Shown here: piece after piece, positions 10,445 to 22,214 of the stretch
How the letters are laid out: the number at the start of each line of letters is the position of its first letter
Position numbering within the stretch: position 1 is the first letter of the stretch
Source: Azolla caroliniana
Lineage: Eukaryota > Plantae > Polypodiophyta
DNA length: 64,000 nucleotides
Assembly: GCA_043228905.1 (NCBI GenBank)
Contig: JBHGNT010000014.1
Location: 11,532,001-11,596,000, forward strand
Direction of reading: 5' to 3'
Notes under the pieces: generated by a model
The model's input: the letters and a program-made list of their open reading frames with translations, nothing else
Database searches by the model: none
Told to the model about the DNA's origin: nothing
Made by a program: the position numbers and the translations under genes

Positions 10445-10885
10445 GGCCTCTCGGTTTACACACCACTATAGCCATATTGTGCATACGGTTTTACGCACCC
10501 AGTCTACACACTGGGTTATGCACCCGTTTACGCACCCAATGTTGAGCTTGTCTCTCAACACTCCCCCTCAAGCTCAACTTGAGGTTCCATCTGCTTTTCC
10601 GGATCTTTGCTGCGGCCTCTCCTGGCTTCACGCCTCGCTTGCGCTCCTCGACCCGTTCGATTGCGCGCTTTGATCCTTTCGGTTGGCTTGTTTGTTCACA
10701 TGGCCCTTCTCAGCTCCCTTGCTATCGCGGTGCTGGCACCTCTTTTGCTGCCCTTTCCTCCACTTGGCCCTTAGTCGATTCTTAATGTCTGAATCAAACA
10801 TTTCGATTGAATCGGTCACTTCAGATTCAATTCCACTTTCGCCCGAATTGGTTATCTCCAATTCGTTTTTTGTTTTCAGGCCCTT
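10445..10885 (+). repeat. Right copy of the ~440-bp target duplication (part of the LTR, the PPT and the 3' extension of family A)
   Basis: Matches 7844-8288 and continues without a break into the Copia body. Confidence 0.93.
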
Positions 10886-11167
10886 GACAACATCGAACCA
10901 CGTCTTGGTCTTTGCCTTTACGCCCTTCTTGGTTGTATTTCCCCTTTGTTCGGTTGTCTCCGACTCTTCCTTGCGGTTACGACCCCTGTTTTCTTCTTCG
11001 GCTTCTTCAACCGGCCCGAAATTGAATTCTTCATCCATCTCGGCAGAGCGGTCACTACAGCTCCTTCCATGCTCATGTTCCTGTCTCCCCCTCAAGTTCG
11101 GCGTGTCGAGGTGACGCAAACCCAGCTCACCCGAGAAATGCCACAACTTGTCGAGACCAAGGGGCTT

Positions 11168-11583
11168 CATTAGAGATATGCCCTACTGTAAGCATATGAT
11201 AAGGATAAAAGAATGATAGATAGAAAGGAGAGAGTGAAGGGATCGAGACGGAATTGAGCCTCGATCGGCGTCCCATACCACCGTTGTGGCATCGAGTTGT
11301 ACCTGGTGCTGGTGCGCTCGCTACAAGAGTTGACCCACCACAAGAACAGAGTCTCAACGTAGTCAAAAGATGATGAAATGAGGGTAGCGAGGCCTCTTAT
11401 TTATAGCGATACCCAAGGCCCCCAGGCAAGTTCACACTTGGCCTAATGGGTTGTCTCAATCTTGAGGACTAAAAGTAATCCTCCCCTTCTTTACACTCTC
11501 GTTTAACCCTCACACTTATCCACGTGTATAGAATACTACGGTAAATTCTCACCACGGGATATTATATGGTCATGCCCGTAATA
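11168..11583 (-). mobile_element. Probable solo LTR of an unrelated family, inserted in RNase H
   Basis: Splits the DIFT/KPLGLD codons and has an imperfect 5-bp TSD (GGCTT/GGCCT). A minus-strand TATAAATA lies near 11400. The termini are degenerate. Confidence 0.65.
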
Positions 11584-13884
11584 GGCCTTGTGAAGATGTC
11601 GCTAATCTGCCGACCCGTCGGAACATACACTAGTTCGACTTTATTAGAAAGGACACGCTCGCAGACAATATGGTAGTGCACCTCAATGTGCTTAGTCCGG
11701 CCATGGAATTCAAGGTTTTTGGCAAGGTGGATACTATTGAGGTTGTCACAGTAGATCATCATCGGATCGGACACCTCCACATGCAGATCCCGTAATAGTC
11801 ATTTCAACCAAATGAATTCGCATGTAGCGACAGTCACCCCTCAATATTCGGCCTCTGTGCTCGACAGCGCCACTGTCGGCTGCTTCTTACTGCCCCACGT
11901 GATCACTACACTTCCCAATGAGAATGCGTATCCGGATGTGGATCTATGATCGTGGGCATTTTCGGCCCAATCCGCATCAGTGTAGCCAACTAATTGTTCT
12001 GCTACGCTTGTACGATACAACAACGCCATGTCTTTCATGCCGCTGACATATCGTAATATCCTTTGCACGCATTGAAGGTGTTCGGTTTTGGGATGCGACA
12101 TAAATTGACTGATCATTCTGATTGGGTAGCTGAGATCCAGCCGAGTAATCGTCAAGTAAATTAGGCTTCCGTCAATCTGTCGGAACTGTGTCGGGTTGCA
12201 TGTCTTACCCGAATCTCGGCGAAGCTTTACATTTCTATCCAGAGGGGTCGAGATGGGCTTACAATCTATCATACTGAACTTGAAGAGCATGATCAACGTG
12301 TAATGACGTTTACTAATCAATATGCCTTTGGGGTTACGGATAACTTCGATCCTGAGAAAGTAATGAAGGTCTCCAAGATCCTTCATTTCGAAAGATGTCG
12401 CGAGCTGAGACTTGACACGGCCGATTTCTTCCAGGTCGGCACCAGCGATGACTAAATCACCAACATACAGTCGAAGGCTAACTAGTCCATCTTAACCTTG
12501 CCGAGTGAACAATGAAGAGTCCAACTTGGACGTCGTAAACCCCATTCTACGCAACCATTGTGTAATCGTCACGTTCCAAGCTTGCGGGGCTTGCTTAAGT
12601 CCGTATAAAGACTTCTTCAATCGGCAAACTGCCAAAGTGTTTTGTTCGGATAGAAATCCGGGGGGTTATACCATGTACACTTGTTCCTGAAGATCACCTT
12701 GCAGGAACGCATTTTTTACATCCATCTGATGTAAGTGCCACCCTTCACCACTGCTATGGCTCGCAGAATGCGCACTGTGGTCATCTTCGCAACCGGCACA
12801 AACGTCTCTTCGTAATCTACGTCGTGCTTCTGCGCGTAGCCTTTCACAACCAAATGGGCCTTATATCGGTTGACCGAGCCGTCGGTGTTGTATTTCACCT
12901 TAAACACCCATCTGCATCCGATCGGCTTAACACCTTTAGGTGCGTCAACCAAGTCCCAAGTCTCGTTGTCCGATAATGCAGACATCTCTTCCTCCATCGC
13001 GGCACACCAATTTGCGTCTTCCACCGCATTTGCGTATCTCTCTAGCTCACGCACTTCTGTCACTCGCGTCATGTATGCATAATGGTGTGCCATGTATTCA
13101 TTATACCCGTACCTCTTTACGGGGTTGTTCAGGCGGGTAGATCGGCGTAATTCGTGATTACCCGATTTCACGGCCTTTTCGGTCGATTTCGGCTTCTTCT
13201 GTGGAGATTCCTTTTCAATTGGCCCGAAATAAGACTTGGTCTGATCTGACTCGGCACTGCCGAAATCGTATTCCGACATTTCCTTCTTCCCTTTTCCTTT
13301 ACGCGTAAACCGTCTCCTCGGTTCTTTACGCGGGAACACAACCGAGTCTCTACTACTCGTCGGCTCTTCATTTGATTGGCCATCTCGGCCCAACCCCTCA
13401 TTTGGCCCACTTAGCCGAAATGAGATCGGACTCTTTGTCAAAGCTCCGATTTCCTCATCATGTGAAGGCAGCTCGTCCTCGCTGACCTCTTCTTCAGAAT
13501 TCGGAATGGATTCATGAGGTATTGGAGGTGAAGGCAAGTACCACGAAGCGGACTCGTCGAACACGACATCTCGGCTTACACGAACTTCCTTTGTTCGGGG
13601 GTTATAGCACTTACACCCCTTCTACTTGTCTGAATAGCTCACCAAGATACATTTCTCGGCTTTGGCGTCCAACTTCCTACTCTTCTCTTTCGGCACATGC
13701 ACATACGCAATGCTGCCGAAAATCCTCAAGTGTGCCAGGTTCGGCTTCTTCCCGAAATACAAGTCATGTGGCGACGTTCTCTCTCTGGCATATAGGTGTG
13801 ATTCATATTTCCGCACAATTCATTTATTGCTATTTGACAGAAAGATTTCTCAACAATCTAGTATCAGAACTTGAGGTGCAAGCA

Positions 13885-16330
13885 TGGAATGAGGTGTGAG
13901 AGGTTTCCTAGGTATGATAGTTCTCAACTCACAGAACTATGTAGACTGGAAGATCAAGATGGAAGACCTTGTCATAGTTAAATACCTGTACGAGCCTATC
14001 GATAGAGCAGAAATACCTAGGGGGTATTGCAGTTGGACTGGAAGCTTCTGAATAGAAAGGCGGTGGCCACTATCCGACAATGCATCAATGTAAGTGTCCT
14101 TCAGCATGTGGCGAATGACACAAATGCTCACGAGATGTGGCAAGAGCTATCGGGTCTGTATGAGAGGAAGAACACGCTCAATAAAACCTCGCTCATGAGA
14201 AAAATCGTACAGCTAAAATACAGAGACGGTGAGAGCATCGTCGAACACATCAGCACATTCATGAGGTATGTAAATCAACCTGTTGCGACCAAGTTTCCCT
14301 TGGATGATGCAATGTAGGCCATCTTGCTGATGTGCACACAGCCAGACAGTTGGGAGAACCTAGTGGTTACTCTGAGCACCTCTTGTCAAGAAGAGAGCTT
14401 GTCTTTATAGAAGGTGAAAACAAGCATCCTAAATGAGGAGGCAAGGAGGAAAGACAAAGGAGTCTTGTCCCAATTTGAGTCGAATCTGACTCAACATATG
14501 GACAGAGGAAGAGATCTATGAAGAAGAAGTCTGCAACGAACGGACAAATCACATGCTAGATCGAAGTTTAGAGGTAAGCCTATGTGCTTTTATTGTGGAA
14601 AGCCTGGACACTTCCAGAAGGACTGTCGACACTTAAAGAAAAACAAGAGTGTCAGAAATAATGTCGAACCTAGGAAGATTCCTGATGAAAAGAACACTTC
14701 AGCCATTGCTACGAGCAATGAAGAACTCCTGTTCATTTGTGAATAGCCGAGTGCAAATCTTGCAAGTGAAGATTGCACGTGGGTGATTGATTCCGGGGCA
14801 TCGTTCCACATAACTCCGTCGAGAGAGTATTTCTCAACTTACATAGCCGAGGATCATAGCTATGTAAGGATGGGTGACAGTGGAGAGTGTAGGGTAACCT
14901 GAGTTGGAAGTGTTTGCTTAACGACGTCGATAGGGTGTCGACTGACACTGAAGGATGTTCGACACGTCCCCGATATCAGATTGAATCTGATATCGACTGG
15001 AAGGTTAGATGACGAAGGCTATAGTGGTAGCTTTAGAAATGGCATGTGGAAGTTCTGTCGAGGAAATCTTATAGTGGCCCGAGCATAGAAAGAAGGCACA
15101 TTGTACATGATGCATGCCCGACTATGCAAATCGGAAGTAAATATGGCAGCCAACTCAACGGGTGAGATATGGCATAAGAGGCTAGGCCACATGAGTGAGA
15201 AGGGAATGCACTTGTTAGCCGACCCGAAACTTCTACCAAAAGTCTAGGTCATGCATTTGGAGAAGTGTGTCGACTGCTTAGCCGGAAAGCAGAACAGAGC
15301 TGCATTCCACACATGACCACCGAGAATAAGAGAAACTGCATTGGAACTAGTGAACACGGACGTGTGCTATGTTGATGCTCCATCGCTTCGAGGTGAACAG
15401 TACTTTGTGACATTCATTGACGATCATAGTCGGAAGACATGGGCCTTCGTACTGAAGATGAAGGATGAAGTATTGTCCGTTTTCAAGGAGTTCTAGGCAA
15501 GAGCCAAAAGAGAGTCAGGTCGGAAGTTGAAGGCTGTCCGAACCGACATCGGTGGCGAGTACAAAGGGCAGTTCGAGGAATACTGCAAGAGCTAAGGTAT
15601 TCGGATCGAATACACAATACCAAAGACCCCAAAGTTGAATGGGCTTGCAGAGAGGATGAATCAAACGATCATGGAGAGAGTAAGGAGGATGGTCTCTCAT
15701 GCGAAACTGCCGAAATCCTATTGGGTTGAGGTGGTGTACACAACTGTTTATCTTATCAACAGGTTTCCCTCAATACCATTGAAAGGTGATGTCCCACAAA
15801 GGGTGTGGACAGGGAAGGATGTCTCCTACCAACATCTATGGGTGTTCGGATGTCTAGCATACATGCATGTACTAAAAGATCAGAGGTCAAAGCTCGATTG
15901 CAAGTCGAAAGCATGCATATTCATGGGATACTCGGAAGATGAATTAGGCTACAGGTTATGGGACCTAGTCGACAAGAAGGTAGTGAGAAGTCCGGATGTA
16001 GCCTTTCTAGAAGATAAGACGATTGAAGACTGGAAGCAACAGAAGTTGAATCAACTCCCCAGTCAACCCTGACGTGGTTGACAAAGCCGAATCCGAGTCA
16101 GTCGACTCGGAGAGACCGACTGACTATGAGTTAGCGTCGGCAGAGCTGCAAATGTCAATTGATGAATATGAGTATGAATTAACCAACCAGGAGAGGCCAA
16201 TTGATGAGAAGAATCCCGAGTAGAGAGAAGGGTTGGCAGAGACATCCGAAAGAGAGCCAACAACGAGTGGAAGAAGATAACCACTCAGAGAAAGGAAAGC
16301 ACCGACTACATACGCCAGTCAATACATCCT
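13885..16330 (+). pseudogene. B1 gag, protease and integrase with many stops
   Basis: WKIKMEDL, YCGKPGHFQKDC, WVIDSGAS and NGLAERMN; collinear with B3. Confidence 0.9.
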
Positions 16331-16724
16331 TGTTGAGCGGCAAGCTCAACCGGAGCCGGAACGGCTGAATAAGCCGGAGCCCGTAAGCGAAACGGATCGG
16401 GCGAAACGGATCGGTATGACGGTGAGCAACCGAACCGGCAAGCAGTGGAGGCCGAGTGCAATCCGTAACCGGAAGTCCAATCGGAAGCCTAGTATAGGAT
16501 AGACTACTAGGTAGCTATAGTCTCGTAGTAAGTGTCAGATGCTCGTGTGAGCATTGAAGTACATGGTACTTCTGTCAGTCCCAAGAGGACTTGTATAAAT
16601 AGTGCTACTTAGCACAGTGTGTGTACTGAGTCTTCATATAATTTTGAAATTGTGCTCTCGCTCTCTCTCTCTCTCTCTCTGTGTTGTTCTCTGTTTTACG
16701 CTTCCGCAAACACTTACGTTTACA
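16331..16724 (+). repeat. A1 5' LTR
   Basis: TGTTG...TTACA with TATAAATA near 16594 and a (CT)n tract. Confidence 0.97.
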
Positions 16725-16736
16725 TGGTATCAGAGC
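16725..16736 (+). promoter_or_regulatory. Primer-binding site for initiator tRNA-Met
   Basis: TGGTATCAGAGC immediately follows the LTR. Confidence 0.95.
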
Positions 16737-16818
16737 GCGAGGGTTGAGAACCTCTGCTACAGACATTTACTCTTGAGAAGAAAACCCTAACAGGTCGAAA
16801 ACAGACACAGTAGAAGAC

Positions 16819-17733
16819 ATGGATAGAGGCATGGTTACGTCGCTCCCGGTGGAGAAGCTCGACAGGAGCAACTACGCATCCTGGTCTTACAAGATGCACC
16901 AGTACCTGCTTGGACACGGGTACTGGAGTTATGTCGAAGGAGCGAATGATGCGGCACCCGACTCGGCACACAAGGACTTCCCAGTATGGGAACAGGCGGC
17001 AAGCAGGGTGATGTACTGCTTCGCGTCCAGTGTCGGCGATCAGCTGCTCAGCCACATCCGTGATGCCAAGACACCGAAGGATGCTTGGGGGAACCTAAAA
17101 AAGGTTTTCGCCGCAAGCACCACTGCCCGGAAGCTGCAACTCAGACAGGAGTTGAGCAATGTTCGACAGAAGAACATGTCTGTGGCAGACTACACGGGCC
17201 GGATAAAGGAGATCTGCGACTCGCTCGCCTCTATCAATGTTACCGTAGAGGAAGACGAGATGGTGCAGGTATGTCTCGGAGGCCTGGCATCCAAGTTTGG
17301 AGCCTTCCGGACTGCGGTGTGTACAAGGGAGAATACCCCCTCATTCTTCGACTTACAGTCGATGCTCCTTGTAGAGGAGAACCACGACGGTGCATCTACT
17401 AGAGCATCCCCGGACAGCCGAATGCTGTACACGGGAACGGATCGGTTCCGTGGGCGTGGTGGAAGAGGTGGGTCGGCACGGAATGGAGGCGGCTGGCAAG
17501 AGCAGGAACGGAGGCACTATGAACGTGCCGACAGCAGTTCCGGGACTTCCACAAGCAGGGGGAGTCAAGCAGGGGGAATGCTGGTACTGTGGCAAAAAAG
17601 GCCACAGGGAAAGCGAGTGCTGGAGAAAGCGTGCCGATTCGGACAAATCCGGATCCGGCAAGACCGAGGATGGCTGGCAAAACTCGCACTACGCAAACGG
17701 ATCAGAAGGATCCGGAACCGGAAAGGCCGGTAA
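16819..17733 (+). CDS. gag: A1 Gag (true Gag to ~17570, then out of frame)
   Basis: KLDRSNYASWSYKM, QKNMSVADY and an RGG-rich linker. The zinc knuckle CWYCGKKGHRESEC lies in the +1 frame. Confidence 0.85.
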   Translation: MDRGMVTSLPVEKLDRSNYASWSYKMHQYLLGHGYWSYVEGANDAAPDSAHKDFPVWEQAASRVMYCFASSVGDQLLSHIRDAKTPKDAWGNLKKVFAASTTARKLQLRQELSNVRQKNMSVADYTGRIKEICDSLASINVTVEEDEMVQVCLGGLASKFGAFRTAVCTRENTPSFFDLQSMLLVEENHDGASTRASPDSRMLYTGTDRFRGRGGRGGSARNGGGWQEQERRHYERADSSSGTSTSRGSQAGGMLVLWQKRPQGKRVLEKACRFGQIRIRQDRGWLAKLALRKRIRRIRNRKGR

Positions 17734-19018
17734 GGGGCCAGCCTTGGTGATGAATCACAAGGCAAACTCAATGAAGAAGACCACTTCCAAAACAGAGGAA
17801 GTGTGGTATGTTGATTCCGGCGCATCGAACCACATGACGAGCCACAAAGAGTTGTTCTCCTTTCTGGAGAAACCGGATCAACCAGGAGTAGTCGAAACCG
17901 GAGACGACACTCCTCACCCAATCGTGCACGTCGGAGAAGTCCCTCTAAGCCATGTCGGACAGAAAGGGAAGCTGATGAATGTATTACACGTTCCGACAAT
18001 CACGAAGAACCTGGTGTCCGTCGGTCAGATTGTCGACCAGGGGATGCAGGTGCGGTTTACGCACCTCAGGTGCTTTATTGAGGATGAGGGCGAAGTCATT
18101 GCGCAAGGGCGCAGAGACAGGAGGATGTTTATCCTCAACACCAATGACTTTGGCACCACTCTGTTCGCGAAACGACAGAAGGTCGAGTCGGACATCGACC
18201 TATGGCACAAGCGGATAGGCCATGTCAACTACCGGAGGCTTCAAGACCTGCAAACGAAACAAGTCGTTTTTGGTTTGCCGAAGTTCAGCGGCTGGAGAGC
18301 CGAAATTTGTGAAGCCTGCCAACTTGGGAAGCAACACCGGCTTCCATTCCCCACCGAACGGAACCGGAGTCATAACAAGCTCGATCTCATCCATTCGGAT
18401 GTGTGGGGACCGGCACAAAGTGTAAGCCTTGGCGGGAGCCGATACTTCGTCTCCTTCATTGACGACTATACTCGACATACTTGGATCTACCTCATTGAGC
18501 GGAAGAGCGAAGTCTTCGACTGTTTCCGGAGCCTCCAGAAGATGGTGGAACGGGAATCGAAGAGGAAGATCAAATGCCTTCGGTCGGATGGCAGAAAGGA
18601 ATATTTTTCCGGCCAATTCACTAGTTATCTGCAGCAGAAGGGAATTCAGCGAGAGTTCAGCTGCAGATACACACCTGAGCAAAACAGTGTGGCCGAAAGG
18701 AAGAACTGGACACTCGTTGAAGCGGCAAGGGCAATGCTAGAGGAGAAGAGCATGCCCCGGTTCTACTGGGCGGAGGCGGTCCGGACGACCGTCTACATAC
18801 AAAACCGCATTGGTGACAAGGTGTCAGCTCATGAGCTGTATTTTGGGCGCAAGCCGAACTTAAGACACCTTTGGATATTCGGCAGCATAGCGTATGTGCA
18901 TGTGCCGGATCAAAAGCGGAGAAAGCTGGATGCAAAATCAGAAAAATGCATCCTAGTCGTCTATGCTCAAGAGCAAAAGGGGTATAAGTGCTATAACCCC
19001 CGGATGAAGGAAGTCTGA
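17570..19018 (+). pseudogene. A1 zinc knuckle, protease, GAG-pre-integrase and integrase
   Basis: WYVDSGASNHM, LWHKRIGH, CEACQLGK, HSDVWGP, LRSD and PEQNSVAER. Ends at a premature TGA. Confidence 0.92.
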
Positions 19019-21238
19019 GTTAGCCGGGATGTCGAGTTTGATGAATCGGCATCCTGGTACTCCGTACCGACTCCGACATCCGATCCCGACCCAATGCCGG
19101 AAGATCAGGCCAGTGAGCCTGAATCAGCCCTGGCAGAGGATGATGAAGCCGGGACTCAAGATGAGAGTCCGGAATCGTTACGGTTGAGTGGACCGAATGA
19201 GCGACTGAGTCGGTTGGACCGGTCGGATGAAGAGACGGCAAGTGGTGGAGACTCTGCCATGTTCTCCCCGCGCAAGGAATCGAGGAAACGGTTCACGCGC
19301 AAAGAGAAGGGGAAGAGGAAGATGCCAGAATTCGAAACAGGCAACGATGAGTCGGATCGGTGCCTATCCGACTCCGGAAAGGAGAAAGGCGGATCTTCGG
19401 CAACGAAGACCGAACTGGCCAAGAAGGGCCTCAAATCAGGTGACGGTGTGTTGCGCCGATCAACCCCTCAGAAGGATCCCGTCATGCAGTACGGGTACAA
19501 TGAATACATGGCGCATCATTATGCGTACATGACTAAGGTGACAGAAGTGCGTGAGCCGGAGAGCTACGCAGAAGCGGCAAAGGACGCAAATTGGTGTGCT
19601 GCTATGGACGAAGAAATGCGGGCACTCGATGCCAACGAAACTTGGGACCTAGTTGATCCTCCCCGTCACTGTAAACCGATCGGATGCAAGTGGGTGTACA
19701 AGGTCAAGTACAACGCCGACGGTTCTGTTAACCGGTACAAAGCCCGGTTAGTGGCGAAGGGATACGCGCAGACCCACGGAATCGACTACGACGAGACCTT
19801 CGCTCCTGTGGCGAAGATGACGATGGTTCGTGTGGTACTGGCGGTTGTTGCGGCAAGGGGGTGGCATCTTCACTAGATGGATGTGAAGAACGCCTTCCTT
19901 CAAGGAGAGCTTGAAGAAGAAGTCTTTATGACTCAACCCCCCGGATTTCAATCGGAGATGAACAAGTCGGCGGTATGCCGACTGAAGAAGTCGCTTTACG
20001 GCTTGAAGCAAGCCCCCCGAGCTTGGAACGCGAAGATCACGCACCGGTTGCGTAAGCTGGGGTTTGCTGTTTCTAAGTCGAACTCTTCGTTGTTCATCCG
20101 GCAAGGCTCTGACAGTCCGGTATGTATACTCTTGTATGTGGATGATTTAGTCATCACCGGACCGGGTCTTCCCGAAATCAACCGCGTCAAGTCCCAGTTG
20201 TCGGACGCATTCGAAATGAAGGACCTGGGGGACCTTCATTATTTTCTTGGGATCGAAGTGATCTGGACCCCCGACGGCATATTGCTCTCACAACTACATT
20301 ACGTGTTGAATATGTTGTATAAGTTCGGCATGACGGATTGCCGACCTGTCTCCACACCCCTGGACCGGAACCAGAAGCTCCGTCCCAACTCCGGACCGGC
20401 CTGCACTGAGAAACGGTTCCGACAGGATGTCGGAAGCTTGATCTACTTAACCATCACCCAGCCTGACATCAGCTATCCGGTCGGCATGGTAAGTCAATTC
20501 ATGCAGAAGCTGACCGCGGAGCACCTTCAGTGCGCGCAACGAATATTACGATATGTCAGCGGCACTAAGGATCGGGGACTGCTATACCGGCGAGGTATAC
20601 TCGAAGAGCTTGTCGGTTACACAGATGCTGACTGGGCCGGCGATGCGTCTGATCGCCACTCCACTTCGGGATACATGTTCTCCATAGGTAGCGTGCCCGT
20701 TGCGTGGAGCAGCAAGAAGCAACCCACAGTGGCTTTGTCAAGCACTGAGGCTGAGTACCGGGCCGCTACCGTTGCCACTTGTGAAGCCATCTGGCTTCGG
20801 CGACTGCTGCGAGACTTGTGGATCGAGGTACCGACCCCGATCCCGATTTACTGTGATAACATGAGCAGCCTGCAGCTCGCCAGGAACCCTGTGTTCCATG
20901 CTCGCACAAAGCACATCGAGGTGCACTACCACTTCGTGCGTGAGCAGGTCCTGAGCGGTGAAGTTGACCTACGGTATGTCCATACGGATCGGCAAGTTGC
21001 CGACATCTTCACCAAGTCGCTCGGATCGGACATGTTGCAGCACTTTACCGACATGCTTGGTATTCAGCATCTCGACGTGCCGCACTTGAGGGGGAGAAGC
21101 AAGGGCAAAGTCTCTACCGAAATGGGCAAAGGCCAAAAAACTGTTGAACCTGTCGGTAAGAGGAGACAAGAAGATGAAGGAAGCCGAGTCGACGAAGGAA
21201 GTCGACACATCCAAACAAGTCGGAGCAAGCGGCTGTGA
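19019..21238 (+). pseudogene. A1 linker, RT and RNase H (one internal TAG at 19874-19876)
   Basis: [47 protein letters not shown] and ADIFTK. Confidence 0.93.
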
Positions 21239-21806
21239 AGAAGAGTTGTGCACTCAGGAAGAGAAGTGCATGTTGTGCAGAGGTCATCACGACGGTACTG
21301 ACCATGATGCGGAGTCGAATGAAGAATTCGATTTCGGTTCACCGGCTGAAGAAGCTGAGGGAAGCATGGAGAAGGCCAAGACTCGGAAGTGGTCCAATGT
21401 GGTGAGAGGCCTGAAGCCGGAAGTCGAATCGGAGTGTACCGATTCGGACAAGAGCTGAAACGAGTCGGAGACAGCTGACTCGGATCAACAGATGGATCCA
21501 GATGAGTCGGATCAACTGAAGGCCAAGGGGAAACGGACACAGTGGAAGTCGATGCCATCGTGGGAGAACCGACGAATCGGCAAGCACCGGAGTCACCGCA
21601 ACGTGAGTGCTGAGATGGGCCTATTGAGCAGACATGCCGACCGAGAGGGACGAGGCGCGCCGAACCAAAGGGGTCGCGGCAAACAGGACCGGACCGGACG
21701 AGGAGCGCAAGCAAGGCGGAGTGACGCCAGGAGAAGTCGGTTGGAAGAACCGACTATCACAGAGGTCGACACTACGACCCCACCTCAGGTTGAGCTTGAG
21801 GGGGAG

Positions 21807-22136
21807 TGTTGAGCGGCAAGCTCAACCGGAGCTGGTTCGGTTGAATAAGCCGGAGCCGATAAGCGAGACGGATCGGGCGAAACGGATCGGTATGACGGTG
21901 AGCAACCGAACCGGTAAGCAGTGGAGGCCGGGTGCAATCCGTAACCGGAAGTCCAATCGGAAGCCTAGTATAGGATAGACTACTAGGTAGCTATAGTCTC
22001 GTAGTAAGTGTCAGATGCTCGTGTGAGCATTGAAGTACATGGTACTTCTGTCAGTCCCAAGAGGACTTGTATAAATAGTGCTACTTAGCACAGTGTGTGT
22101 ACTGAGTCTTCATATAATTTTGAAATTGTACTCTCG

Positions 22137-22175
<39 letters not shown>

Positions 22176-22214
22176 GTTCTCTGTTTTACGCTTCCGCAAA
22201 CACTTACGTTTACA
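21807..22214 (+). repeat. A1 3' LTR
   Basis: Matches the 5' LTR, with a longer (CT)n tract. Followed by the TSD ATCCT. Confidence 0.97.

Larger units (their letters stand above)
7509..13777 (-). mobile_element. Copia family A element, 5'-truncated (integrase C-terminus, RT, RNase H, 3' extension, 3' LTR), inserted into the gag of the previous element
   Basis: Minus-strand ORFs 12716-13564 (TWDLV, RWVFKVK), 11841-12386 (YTDADWA, SSTEAEY) and 11562-11780 (TKHIEVHYH). PPT GAGGGGGAG at 7960-7968. Confidence 0.92.
16331..22214 (+). mobile_element. Full-length Copia family A element A1 (Bryco/RLC5-like by inference), 5884 bp
   Basis: LTRs at 16331-16724 and 21807-22214, PBS TGGTATCAGAGC, PPT GAGGGGGAG and a perfect TSD ATCCT (16326-16330 and 22215-22219). 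Domain order is gag-PR-INT-RT-RH. Confidence 0.97.

Noticed and set aside
17545-17585. Programmed +1 frameshift between gag and the zinc knuckle in A1
   Set aside because: Other family A copies have extra sequence here, and A1 shows a repeated CAAGCAGGGGG, which fits a local deletion or slippage.
21064-21714. Antisense 216-aa ORF as an env-like or extra gene
   Set aside because: The conserved motifs lie on the sense strand. Antisense ORFs differ in frame and length between copies, and there is no convincing transmembrane pattern.
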